Shown one piece after another: positions 8,341 through 21,607 of a DNA stretch of 35,223 nucleotides (the first letter of the stretch is position 1; each line of letters starts with the position of its first letter). This DNA is from Chlamydiia bacterium. GTDB lineage: Bacteria > Chlamydiota > Chlamydiia > Chlamydiales > 2-12-FULL-49-11. Below the pieces are notes generated by a model. That model did no database searches. It saw only the letters and a program-made list of their open reading frames with translations, and was not told the DNA's origin. Made by a program: the position numbers and the translations under genes. Where the stretch lies: the NCBI GenBank assembly GCA_044359535.1, contig JBIKLZ010000006.1, positions 1 through 35,223 on the forward strand, written 5' to 3'.

Positions 8341-8718
8341 TTATAAATAGGGGTAGGCTACAAAAACACATAGAGAAAATACTATCCATAATTGACCTTT
8401 TTTTACTTTAGAAGAAGAAAAACCTAATGCGTTCTTACATTCTAAGAAAATCCAAGACCAAACGCCCCCCACAACACTTCCTAAAAGAAATTGGACAACA
8501 AGTCCATCAAGAGGAGAAGCAATTGTTGCTATCCAAGATAAAAAGGTTAGCGATATAAAAAACATAGTCATTAACAGCCACACTTTTTTCTTTTTTATTG
8601 TTTTGAATTGAAGATCGATTGCTTGAAGGAGGGAGGTGATCAAAAGCATTGCTAGAAAACCATAAAGTGGTAACAATAAAAGATACTTCATTCCATACCA
8701 AAGGGTTAAATTATTCAC
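8341..8718 (-). CDS. Hypothetical membrane protein (~4 TM)
   Basis: 125 aa, strongly hydrophobic; AGGAG RBS before the GTG start. Confidence 0.6.
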   Translation of the reverse strand: MNNLTLWYGMKYLLLLPLYGFLAMLLITSLLQAIDLQFKTIKKKKVWLLMTMFFISLTFLSWIATIASPLDGLVVQFLLGSVVGGVWSWIFLECKNALGFSSSKVKKGQLWIVFSLCVFVAYPYL

Positions 8719-8942
8719 TATATACTCCTTTTTTTATATTGAATGGGTGATACTGCAAATGCTTTAACAAAAAAAACCAAAAGTAAAAATACCTTTTTTT
8801 TGAATAATGGTAAAAAAAAAGAAAATATAAAGCAAGTTTTTTAGAAAACACTCCGTATAGTTTGCGCTGGAACGCAATTTTTCTTGGGAGGATCTAAACA
8901 AAATCAGTCATGCCAAGTATCACTCATCTAGACAAACTGTCC

Positions 8943-8979
8943 TCTAAAGTCTTCCCATCCTTTCCAATCTCAGAACCAC
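8943..8979. repeat. 37-bp copy of a beta-lactamase segment
   Basis: 34/37 identical to 5834..5870, same orientation. Confidence 0.85.
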
Positions 8980-8992
8980 CTATTGATTTTTT

Positions 8993-9021
8993 TTGACAAT
9001 CTGGATTGCTTATTGTATAAC
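8993..9021 (+). promoter_or_regulatory. sigma66/70 promoter of the flavoenzyme genes
   Basis: TTGACA(8993)-N17-TATAAC(9016); AAGGAG RBS at 9031; ATG 9042. Confidence 0.7.
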
Positions 9022-9041
9022 ACTCACATAAAGGAGTCTAA

Positions 9042-10724
9042 ATGAGAAAGATAAAAGCTGCGTTACTCATAGTTTATTGCTTTTTTTCAACGGGGTTATT
9101 CTCAGAAGAAAATCAGAAACATCTTAACGAGAAAGTCATCATCATTGGTGGTGGAATTATTGGTGCTATGGAATCCTACAACCTTTATTTAAATGCTGTC
9201 AAAAACAATAGGCAGCTTAACATTGTGGTTTATGAAAAAGGGAAGGGCTTTGAGGACAGGGCTCAAACAAATACAGCTTATCATATCTGTCCCAGCTTAA
9301 CTCCTGATGAAATTTTATCGGTTGTTCCGAGGGGTTCTGAACTTGTTGAAAAACTAGCCCTTTTATTTAGTCAGCCAGGTGGAATTCGAGTTGATGATGT
9401 TTCTGGAGCAAATAACTCAGTGGCAGCCCTTGAATTTATGGACGCAGTTGAAGCCTATGGCAACGATCCAAATCATCAAGACCGCACCCAGCATCTCCTA
9501 ACCCTTGGAAAAATCAGTATGGAACTTTGGCAAGATCTTTATGACAAGGCAGATTCTGAATTAAAGGATATTTTAGATAGATCTAATTTTAATCCTTGTC
9601 GTGAGCCTAAAAATAAAGAGCGCTTTGCCTTACACGATGGCTATCGTATTGATTTGATTTATGAGGTGTGTGATGCCCATCATCGCGCTCATGCGATGGA
9701 AAAGACCTATAAAGAATTAGGATACACTGAATCTAGATTGCTTTCTCCAAATGAGGTGATTAAGATTGATCCCTCCCTTACTTGTTTTGCTATCGAGCAC
9801 TCTGAAATCGATGCTCTAGGTCAACGTGTTTGGAAAAACGATACAGCTGCTATATGGCGTCCTGGAGGGTGTTTATCTACTTGCGATTTTTTGCCTGCAC
9901 TGTATGCCTATTTAAAAAAAGTGATGGGTACATATCTTGATCCCTCTTTTCAAATTCAAGAATGTTTCACGTTAGAATTTAATAAAGAAGTTGTCGAAGC
10001 TGTGGTTGATAAGGATGCTCATATTGTCGGATTGAAATTTCAAGACGGCTCTATTGAATACAACGACCCTTCAAAGTGCAGTTACGTCTTTTGTCCTGGA
10101 GAATCGGTTGGAACACTAAAAAAACTTGGATTTGATGAACCCTCCTATGCAGGATTTGCTGGCCCTTCACTAAGCGTTTGCATTCCTCTTGCTTCAGATC
10201 AAGTCTTATTTTATAAAGATTTCAATCATTGCATGGAGGTGCATAAAGTCGGTATTGTCCTTGCATGGCAGGCAAGACTTAAAGACAATTCGTTACTTTT
10301 AAAAGTGGGGGGGACTAAAGCCTTTTATGGGGATAAAGAACCTCAAATCAATGAAGCTTTTGCCCTACATCAACATCTTGTCCAACTCAATATGCTCAAC
10401 GATGTATTGCCTCAAATGATCTCTATTGCGTGTGGGCAAAATACAGCTGGAAAACAGTTGGCATTTAAAGATCTACGTACCCTCGAAAAGAAAGGGATGT
10501 TACATCGATGGGTTGGAAGACGAGCGGTTGCATACGATGGATTTCCTACTCTAGGAGCCCTTTTTTATGATGGAAGCAAAGTTAAAAATGGTCGATGCAC
10601 CACACACCTGGGATCTGGAGGTGTTTCTTTTGCTCCCGCTGCTGTTCAAATAAGCCAAAATTATGATCGATCAAACGATCCATTTACAAAGAAAATTTTA
10701 GAATATGCAGATTCTAGAAGATAA
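9042..10724 (+). CDS. FAD-dependent oxidoreductase (D-amino acid oxidase/dehydrogenase-like) with N-terminal signal peptide
   Basis: VIIIGGGIIG...VVYEK Rossmann motif; C-terminal WVGRRAVAYDGFP.LG and HLGSGGVS as in the DAO/DadA family. Confidence 0.75.
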   Translation: MRKIKAALLIVYCFFSTGLFSEENQKHLNEKVIIIGGGIIGAMESYNLYLNAVKNNRQLNIVVYEKGKGFEDRAQTNTAYHICPSLTPDEILSVVPRGSELVEKLALLFSQPGGIRVDDVSGANNSVAALEFMDAVEAYGNDPNHQDRTQHLLTLGKISMELWQDLYDKADSELKDILDRSNFNPCREPKNKERFALHDGYRIDLIYEVCDAHHRAHAMEKTYKELGYTESRLLSPNEVIKIDPSLTCFAIEHSEIDALGQRVWKNDTAAIWRPGGCLSTCDFLPALYAYLKKVMGTYLDPSFQIQECFTLEFNKEVVEAVVDKDAHIVGLKFQDGSIEYNDPSKCSYVFCPGESVGTLKKLGFDEPSYAGFAGPSLSVCIPLASDQVLFYKDFNHCMEVHKVGIVLAWQARLKDNSLLLKVGGTKAFYGDKEPQINEAFALHQHLVQLNMLNDVLPQMISIACGQNTAGKQLAFKDLRTLEKKGMLHRWVGRRAVAYDGFPTLGALFYDGSKVKNGRCTTHLGSGGVSFAPAAVQISQNYDRSNDPFTKKILEYADSRR

Positions 10725-10816
10725 AAAGGGAGCATCTTTATAGTATCTTTGTATAGATGGAAAAATCTATCTCTTACTTCTAGAGCCCCTTAAAAGAAAA
10801 ACCAAGGGATAAGTAT

Positions 10817-12274
10817 ATGATTTTACTCACATTAAGGATGATCTTTTTTATGACAGCTATTGTTTCGCAACTATCTGCAGTTTCTTCCTTAAACAGTCCA
10901 AAAGTGATTGTCATTGGCGGGGGCATAGCTGGATTAACAACAGCCTATCGGCTGCAGCAAGAAGGGATGAATACTCATCTATATGAAGCACGTGGGCGAG
11001 TAGGAGGCAGAATTCTTACAGCAAAAATCAATGGACATATTGCAGAATTAGGAGCTCAAAGCATCACTGACGGAGGAGAAGCCATCCATCTTAACCGCTT
11101 AATAGATGAGTTTGGATTACAACGTGCTTCAAGTCGCGTTTATTTACAATATGCCTATTTTAATGGAATGAATGTCATTCCGATAAATGACATCCTAAAA
11201 AATAGAAGCATGGATCCTGATCCTCTTAAAAAAAAGCTTGAAGAGCTTTCTTTAACCTCTTCAAATATGCAAGAGGTTTTGGAGCACATTGTTAATCCTC
11301 AAGAGTATCTTTATAAGACTCTAGCAGTTAGAATGGCTGCCTATGAGGGAGGGACTATTGATAGATTATCCCCACTGTATACCGAAACATTATTTCATAT
11401 GCTTTTAGGGGGCCTATGTTCTGCTCATCAAGGGAGTGATGAGACCCATTCATACGTTGACCTAGTAACCATTGAAGGAGGAAACCTTCTACTTCCTCAA
11501 AAAATGCGAGAAGCTCTTGGAACAAAGCTGCATCTAAATATGCCGTTAGTCAAAGTTTCAAAAAAGGAAAATGGATCTTTTGAACTGACCTTTAAAAACA
11601 ACATGAAGGTGGAGGCCGATATATTAGTTTTAGCTATTCCCTGCTCTGTATATGAGGATATTGATTTTGAGGAGGGCATCATCCCTTCTTCGAAACTAGA
11701 GGCCATTTATAAGGTCAACTATGGCTCAAATGCTAAAATCATGGTTCCTTTTACAACCCCTCCTTTAACAAGAACCTCCTTGGTTAACGACAAGATAGTT
11801 AGTTATTTTGATCGAGCTCAACTCATTCTTACGTTGTACCATACTGGAGAAGGTAGCCTCTTTTCTCCTGAGACAATTGCACATTCCTATATACAATCCC
11901 GAAAAATGCTTGAGCATGGGTTTGAAAATTGCCCTTCTTTTGCAACTCCCCTCTACGCAAAAGATGAAGCTTATCTTTCATATGAAGGACCTATTGGATA
12001 TAGTTGGCCAAATGATCCTTATGCCAAAGGTTCCTACTCCTATATCGCAAGCGGTCAGGAAAATGTCTTTACCTCTACAGTAGATAAAAACGGGGAAACA
12101 TTTAAAGCGTTATTCAGTCCACTAAACAAAAATCTTTATTTTGCTGGAGAACATACTTCCATCTTGTTCGACGTGCCAGGGACAATGGAAGCTGCCTGTG
12201 AATCAGGCGAGCGTATTGCAAGAACCATTTTGAAAAATAAAGCAGGTTCTAATAAAACCTCCAAATCCAATTAG
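10817..12274 (+). CDS. Flavin monoamine/L-amino acid oxidase family protein with signal peptide
   Basis: IGGGIAGL..A, EARGRVGGR, ELGA, W..DPYAKGSYS, LYFAGEHT, GTMEAACESGERIA. Confidence 0.88.
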   Translation: MILLTLRMIFFMTAIVSQLSAVSSLNSPKVIVIGGGIAGLTTAYRLQQEGMNTHLYEARGRVGGRILTAKINGHIAELGAQSITDGGEAIHLNRLIDEFGLQRASSRVYLQYAYFNGMNVIPINDILKNRSMDPDPLKKKLEELSLTSSNMQEVLEHIVNPQEYLYKTLAVRMAAYEGGTIDRLSPLYTETLFHMLLGGLCSAHQGSDETHSYVDLVTIEGGNLLLPQKMREALGTKLHLNMPLVKVSKKENGSFELTFKNNMKVEADILVLAIPCSVYEDIDFEEGIIPSSKLEAIYKVNYGSNAKIMVPFTTPPLTRTSLVNDKIVSYFDRAQLILTLYHTGEGSLFSPETIAHSYIQSRKMLEHGFENCPSFATPLYAKDEAYLSYEGPIGYSWPNDPYAKGSYSYIASGQENVFTSTVDKNGETFKALFSPLNKNLYFAGEHTSILFDVPGTMEAACESGERIARTILKNKAGSNKTSKSN

Positions 12275-12359
12275 ATAAGATCTTCCTTTGTTTTTAACTC
12301 TTTTAGAATATCTCATTTGGAGGGCTTTTGCATCAGACAAAAGGAGCTGGATATTTTCT

Positions 12360-12829
12360 TCAAAGAGCACCAAGTCTTTTGCCTAGAAGTTTAAAAAAAT
12401 CATTGTAGGATAAAACATATTCACTTAGAGCCAATTTTAAAGACTCCTCCTTAATTTGATTAAGGACCTTTTTAATTTTTTCAAAATAGAGCATTTTCAT
12501 TTCTCTATGAGATTGCTCTCTAAAAAAGCTTTCTCTGAGGGATATGTCTATAGAGATAGTTGAATCCTTACAAAAATGGACAATTTGAAAAGGATCCAAG
12601 GTAAGCGATAGAATTACTATAAGAAATAATTAAAAAAAATATATTTAGACTTATCTTGACCTTTTAAAACTTCCACCTGTTCAATGGTGTTTGTTCTAGG
12701 ATGCACTGCATAATAATGCTTCTGAAATAGCGGCGAGAAGAAAAAAGCTGCTGCAATGTTATATAAGCCTTGAGAAAAACTTAAACGATCACCTTTTTCT
12801 TCATAAAAACTAATACTATTGAGATTCAT
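12360..12829 (-). pseudogene. Hypothetical gene, probably split or degenerate (two short ORFs)
   Basis: ORFs 12617..12829 and 12360..12599 are adjacent on the same strand in different frames, near a T8 tract. No recognisable family. Confidence 0.3.
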
Positions 12830-13045
12830 CTACTTCCTAAATTTGTTTTTTCTTTAAAAAAAGTATAAAGAACTCCCCCCCCTCAATTTCAATAAAACCT
12901 TGAAAAGATCATAAAATAATAGCCTACTTTAGTATAAGAACTTTTTAAAAAATTCTGTGTCAATTAACAAATAAAAATATTTTTTTTAATATTTAAAGAA
13001 CGATTCTTTAGAAAAAAGAGGTATTTAAGTATAGGGAATTTGGGC

Positions 13046-13083
13046 AAAAAAAAAGACCCTCAATCTATAAAGATTGAGGGTCT
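13046..13083 (-). terminator. Intrinsic terminator of the rRNA operon
   Basis: Perfect 13-bp stem AGACCCTCAATCT/AGATTGAGGGTCT followed by a U-run on the minus strand. Confidence 0.9.
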
Positions 13084-13087
13084 ACAA

Positions 13088-13203
13088 ACTTGGCAGCGTC
13101 CTACTTTCCCATACTCTTGTGTATAGTATCATCGGCGATGGAGGTCTTGACTGCTGTGTTCGGTATGGGAACAGGTATTTCCCCTCCTCTAAAACCACCA
13201 AGA
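13088..13203 (-). rRNA. rrf: 5S rRNA
   Basis: CTTGGTGG...CCCATACCGAACACAG...GCCGATGATACT...GGGAAAGTAGGACGCTGCCAAG with a closing terminal helix. Confidence 0.95.
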
Positions 13204-13407
13204 AAAATCAAATTTACCATTCAAAATGTGACTTTTGAATGATAAGATAAAAAAGTGGAAAGAAATAAATTTCGTATATAATTACAAGCTCTGTCATTGA
13301 CGTCTTGATTGTTATATGCTGAGAATAAAGATCAATAAACAAGAGTTTATAATCGATATCATGCTATATTAACTCGCTTTTTTTACTACAAGGTGTAGTA
13401 AAAAAAA

Positions 13408-16344
<2,937 letters not shown>

Positions 16345-16854
16345 AAAAAATAACATCTAAATCAAAGATTTAGTGTCTTATAAATCTTGTGGCAGAACTA
16401 AATTTAATTAGTACTTAGTTAACTATAGCACGCTTATTTTTTGGTCTTATATTCTCATTTGCATACGAAGTTCAATATATTGAACTTCTTGTAGATACAA
16501 TTATTGTAATCTACATCAAGATCTTAGTTCGTTTCAAACGAACTTGGATCAATGAAATTGCTACCCTATATACTTATAATCTTTGCAATGTAATGCAAAG
16601 CTATAATTCTATATTGTATTGTTGTATAAACTTCACATCTTAAAAAGATGAGAGATTTATACAGCATTTTAATTTGTATGATTTAAATTTATACTCAATT
16701 TTTATTGAATACATTTAAATTCATACTGTAATTATACTTGATTTTTATTTCTTTCCAGAAATCAAAAGGATTTTGACAGTATTTTCAGTGTAATAAGTAA
16801 AATATACCCTCTCAACCATAAGTTAGATAGTAAAAACTATCAACTTTATCCTTA
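16345..16854 (-). other. 16S-23S ITS without tRNA; hairpin-rich; contains rRNA processing-stem arms
   Basis: 16768-16783 is complementary to leader 18535-18551. 16417-16432 and 16380-16390 are complementary to 23S-5S spacer segments 13360-13374 and 13339-13351. Confidence 0.8.
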
Positions 16855-18408
<1,554 letters not shown>

Positions 18409-18614
18409 AAAATTTAATCTATTTGTGAACTTACTGTTGATTGATGTCTTAACATCAATCGAGTTCATTAAAAAAACGGGTATACTCATTAAGAATTATA
18501 ATTTATATTTCTTAATGATACTCGTCACATTTACTAATACTGTCAAAAACCTACGAGCCAATCGATGTTGTCTCTTTTCTTTAACTTAGCTTATCGCGTT
18601 GTTAAGAAAGCAAA

Positions 18615-18643
18615 ACTATACAACAGACCCCTATTTATTGGAA
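18615..18643 (-). promoter_or_regulatory. Candidate rRNA operon promoter
   Basis: TTCCAA-N17-TATAGT on the minus strand ~210 nt upstream of 16S, with an A/T-tract-rich upstream region. Confidence 0.5.
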
Positions 18644-19163
18644 AGCATTTTGTGAAAAAAAAGTGAAAAAACTTTCTGATTTTTTTTTGTAACCGCTGAA
18701 ACTCAATACAGACAAGGGTTTGCGAGAAATGTTTTTTTTTGCTTTTTTTGCTTTTTTTTTCAATAGGCCAAAAAATAGCTCTGTTTTTTCTCAAAATTGA
18801 CACAAAAAACGTCACATATGAGGTACTTAAGAGTTTCTTATGAAAACCCTTGGTTTATGACCAATATCTATCTATTGCAGAAAGCGAGGGTTTTGTTTCC
18901 AAGGACACCCTCCTTAGGGTCGCTTTGTTAGAAAAACACATACAGCTTAATAAGACCTTTTCTTTTACTGTATACTTAATGTGAGCATGACGCTTTTATA
19001 ATTTTTTTTATCTATTAAAATATGCTTTTGCTGTATTAAGACATAGATTGGGTGATGATGCTGTTTTTTATAAAGTCTCCTTGTTTTTATTTTTTCAGTT
19101 CACAATAGAAATTTTTTCATCAACTGCCTATTATTTTTTTAATTCACTTATCGCACTTCAGTT

Positions 19164-19352
19164 TTGAAAAGGCGAAGTGCAGTTGCTATAGGTATTGCAA
19201 CAATTATTTTCGGGTGTCTTGCATACCCAGTTATATCCATTGCTTTTGTTGTTATTGGATCACTAGCTCTGCTGCTTGGTTCGATAAACATAATGATCGG
19301 TGCTGTAAATTGGAAAAAATTAAGGAATAGATATTGCCTATTGTTTTTTTAA
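19164..19352 (+). pseudogene. Degenerate copy of a small Inc-like membrane protein
   Basis: Near-identical to 19600..19788, but lacks its RBS and 5' end and reads through past its stop because of an indel. Confidence 0.6.
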
Positions 19353-19599
19353 AAAGTAGGCAGGTTTCTTCCCTTTTTAAAAAAATGTATATAATACAAT
19401 AGAAGCCGCTTAAATAGCCTATAAGCGCTGAGATTATTTCTTTTTTAAAAAAATACAATATAACCAGAGGATTATTCTTTCTTGATTCATTTTTTTTATT
19501 TTTAAAAAAATTTTATCAACCCTTTTCTCTTTCTTTAAATTTTAAGAAACGATATAATTATTTTTGTCATAATAAACGAGACTTTAAGGAGGTAAAAAT

Positions 19600-19788
19600 A
19601 TGAAAATGGACCCAGAAGGAAATTTAGCCATTGAAGTAATTGCAGTTGTTATAGGTATTACAACAATTATTTTCGGGTGCCTTGCATTCCCAGTTATATC
19701 CATTGCTTTAGTTGTTATTGGATCACTAGCTCTGCTGCTTGGTTCGATAAACATAATCATCGGTGCTGTAAATTGGGAAAAAACTTAA
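19600..19788 (+). CDS. Small bilobed hydrophobic protein (Inc-like), 62 aa
   Basis: AAGGAGG RBS at 19586, TATAAT at 19553; ~45-aa hydrophobic stretch broken by a central Pro. Confidence 0.75.
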   Translation: MKMDPEGNLAIEVIAVVIGITTIIFGCLAFPVISIALVVIGSLALLLGSINIIIGAVNWEKT

Positions 19789-19799
19789 GGAATAGATAT

Positions 19800-19844
19800 T
19801 GCCTATTGTTTTTTTAAAAAGTAGGCAGGTTTCTTCCCTTTTTT
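19800..19844 (+). terminator. Putative terminator
   Basis: TGCCTA...TAGGCA hairpin with a T-rich tail; duplicated at ~19335-19378. Confidence 0.5.
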
Positions 19845-20011
19845 AAAAAAATACAATGCACTTTTTTTAGAGTTAAAGTTTTCATCAGTAGAAATTCAAA
19901 GAATATTTTTTAAAAGACTAAAAATGTTCCATTTCTTTACTCTTTTTTAATTCTTAGGAACCTATATAATTACTATTAGTATAATAAAAAACATATAAAA
20001 ATGGAGACAAT

Positions 20012-20209
20012 ATGACAGTCAAAGCAGAAACTCTTTTAGTTGGAGGACCCGTTTCAACGATTATAGGCGTTACAATTGTAATTGTTGCTTGCCTTGCATT
20101 CCCAGTTATATCTATTGCCTTAGTTGTTTTAGGAGCTTTATTTATTTGGGTCGGATTGATTGCATCAATATACGGTATAATAGAATATAGAAAGGGTTCT
20201 AACCAATAA
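20012..20209 (+). CDS. Small bilobed hydrophobic protein (Inc-like), 65 aa, paralogue
   Basis: GGAG RBS; shares CLAFPVISIALVV with 19600..19788. Confidence 0.75.
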   Translation: MTVKAETLLVGGPVSTIIGVTIVIVACLAFPVISIALVVLGALFIWVGLIASIYGIIEYRKGSNQ

Positions 20210-20230
20210 AAACGATCTATCCATATTTTT

Positions 20231-20258
20231 TGTCTGTCATTGTGTTCAATGATAGACA
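20231..20258. terminator. Hairpin between convergent genes
   Basis: TGTCTGTCATTG-TGTT-CAATGATAGACA 12-bp stem. Confidence 0.55.
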
Positions 20259-20269
20259 CATGCCCTCTT

Positions 20270-21538
20270 TTAGTGAATCAACCTAAAATAATACACACCC
20301 ATTAAATAGCCTATAAGCGCTGGGAGGGTTGCTTTTCTCATATAAGAAATAAAGTCCACTTTTTCGATACCCATTAATGCAACTCCTGCAGCAGATCCTA
20401 TACTTAAAAGACTTCCTCCAGTACCTGCTGTATAGGCAATCATCATCCAAAATGGGTGATCTAAACCATAGGAAGATAAATCATACATCCCCATTGTAGC
20501 TGCTACAAGGGGAATATTGTCTATAATTGCCGAAGCAAGCCCAATAGATGTCGCAATAGCTAAACCACTTGATGTAACACTATCGAGCCAAACAGCTACA
20601 CCTTTTAAAACACCCACCATTTCAAGGGCATTTATACTTAATAAGATCCCCATAAAAAACAAGACACTAGAAATATCTATTTTTGTAAGGACATGGGGCA
20701 CAAGAAGGTGTTTTCTCCCCTCCTCCTTATGGTGAAGGATATCTGTAACAAGCCATAAAAAGGCAAGCCCTATCAACATCCCCATATAAGGAGGAATTCC
20801 AGTAGCCCATTTTAAAAATGGCACTGCTAAAAAAGAGAGTATCCCTAAGGTAAAAACAATTGTTGCGTGAGGTTCGCTCCCTTCAATAAAAAGATCGTTT
20901 TGATCGCTTGTATACTCTCCTTTTGTAAAAAAGGAAAAAATCCCAAGGGGGACAATCATTGCAATCAAACTTGGTAAAAACACTTGCGTGATCACTGCAA
21001 ATGTAGAAACTCTGTGATTGATCCAAAGCATTGTGGTTGTTACATCCCCAATAGGGGTCCAAGCTCCCCCTGCATTTGCAGCAATCACCACCATGCAATT
21101 TAATGTCAGTCTTTCCTTTTTTTCCGGAACAAGCTTTCTTAACACCGATATCATCAATATTGTTGTTGTCAAATTATCTAGTACTGAGGAGAGAAAAAAG
21201 GTGAAAATTGAAATAATGCACAACATTTTTCTTTTCGATGTCGTATGAATCATCCGTATTACTGTATTAAACCCTCTATGAGAATCAATAAGCTCTACAA
21301 GGGTCATTGCCCCTAATAAGAAAAAAATCACTTGCGACACTTCCGATAAATGATGGGATAAATTCGCTGAGGGGTCTAAATCCCCACCCATTAAAAAATA
21401 CATCATCCATAATAGCCCTGCTAAGGCAATACCCACTGCTGTTTTATTAACCCTCACATAAAACTCAAAAATGATCGCTAAATACCCTAGAATGAATAAT
21501 CCTATGAGGATAGAAAGTCCGAGATTTGACATTTGCAC
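20270..21538 (-). CDS. nhaD: Na+/H+ antiporter NhaD
   Basis: FFLLGAMTLVELIDSH.GF, LDNLTTT, AANAGGAWTPIGDVTTTMLW, SAIIDNIPLVAA, GTGGS.L.IGSAAGVA.MG. Confidence 0.92.
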   Translation of the reverse strand: MQMSNLGLSILIGLFILGYLAIIFEFYVRVNKTAVGIALAGLLWMMYFLMGGDLDPSANLSHHLSEVSQVIFFLLGAMTLVELIDSHRGFNTVIRMIHTTSKRKMLCIISIFTFFLSSVLDNLTTTILMISVLRKLVPEKKERLTLNCMVVIAANAGGAWTPIGDVTTTMLWINHRVSTFAVITQVFLPSLIAMIVPLGIFSFFTKGEYTSDQNDLFIEGSEPHATIVFTLGILSFLAVPFLKWATGIPPYMGMLIGLAFLWLVTDILHHKEEGRKHLLVPHVLTKIDISSVLFFMGILLSINALEMVGVLKGVAVWLDSVTSSGLAIATSIGLASAIIDNIPLVAATMGMYDLSSYGLDHPFWMMIAYTAGTGGSLLSIGSAAGVALMGIEKVDFISYMRKATLPALIGYLMGVYYFRLIH

Positions 21539-21607
21539 TCCCTAGTAAGCGAAAAACCATAACAAATAGAATCTTAATTTTCTATTAAAATAATGGGTTT
21601 TTTTTGT

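Larger units (their letters stand above)
19178..19852 (+). repeat. ~210-bp direct repeat (19178..19386 and 19641..19852)
   Basis: Visibly near-identical copies covering the coding part and the downstream TGCCTA...TAGGCA hairpin. Confidence 0.9.

Noticed and set aside
16345..16854. tRNA-Ile/Ala or CRISPR array in the ITS
   Set aside because: No cloverleaf or T-loop/CCA pattern; the hairpins differ in sequence, so there is no repeat-spacer periodicity.
19252..20259. Minus-strand ORFs 19252..19458 and 19954..20259
   Set aside because: Antisense to the RBS-supported Inc-like genes; the first merely contains the nhaD snippet.
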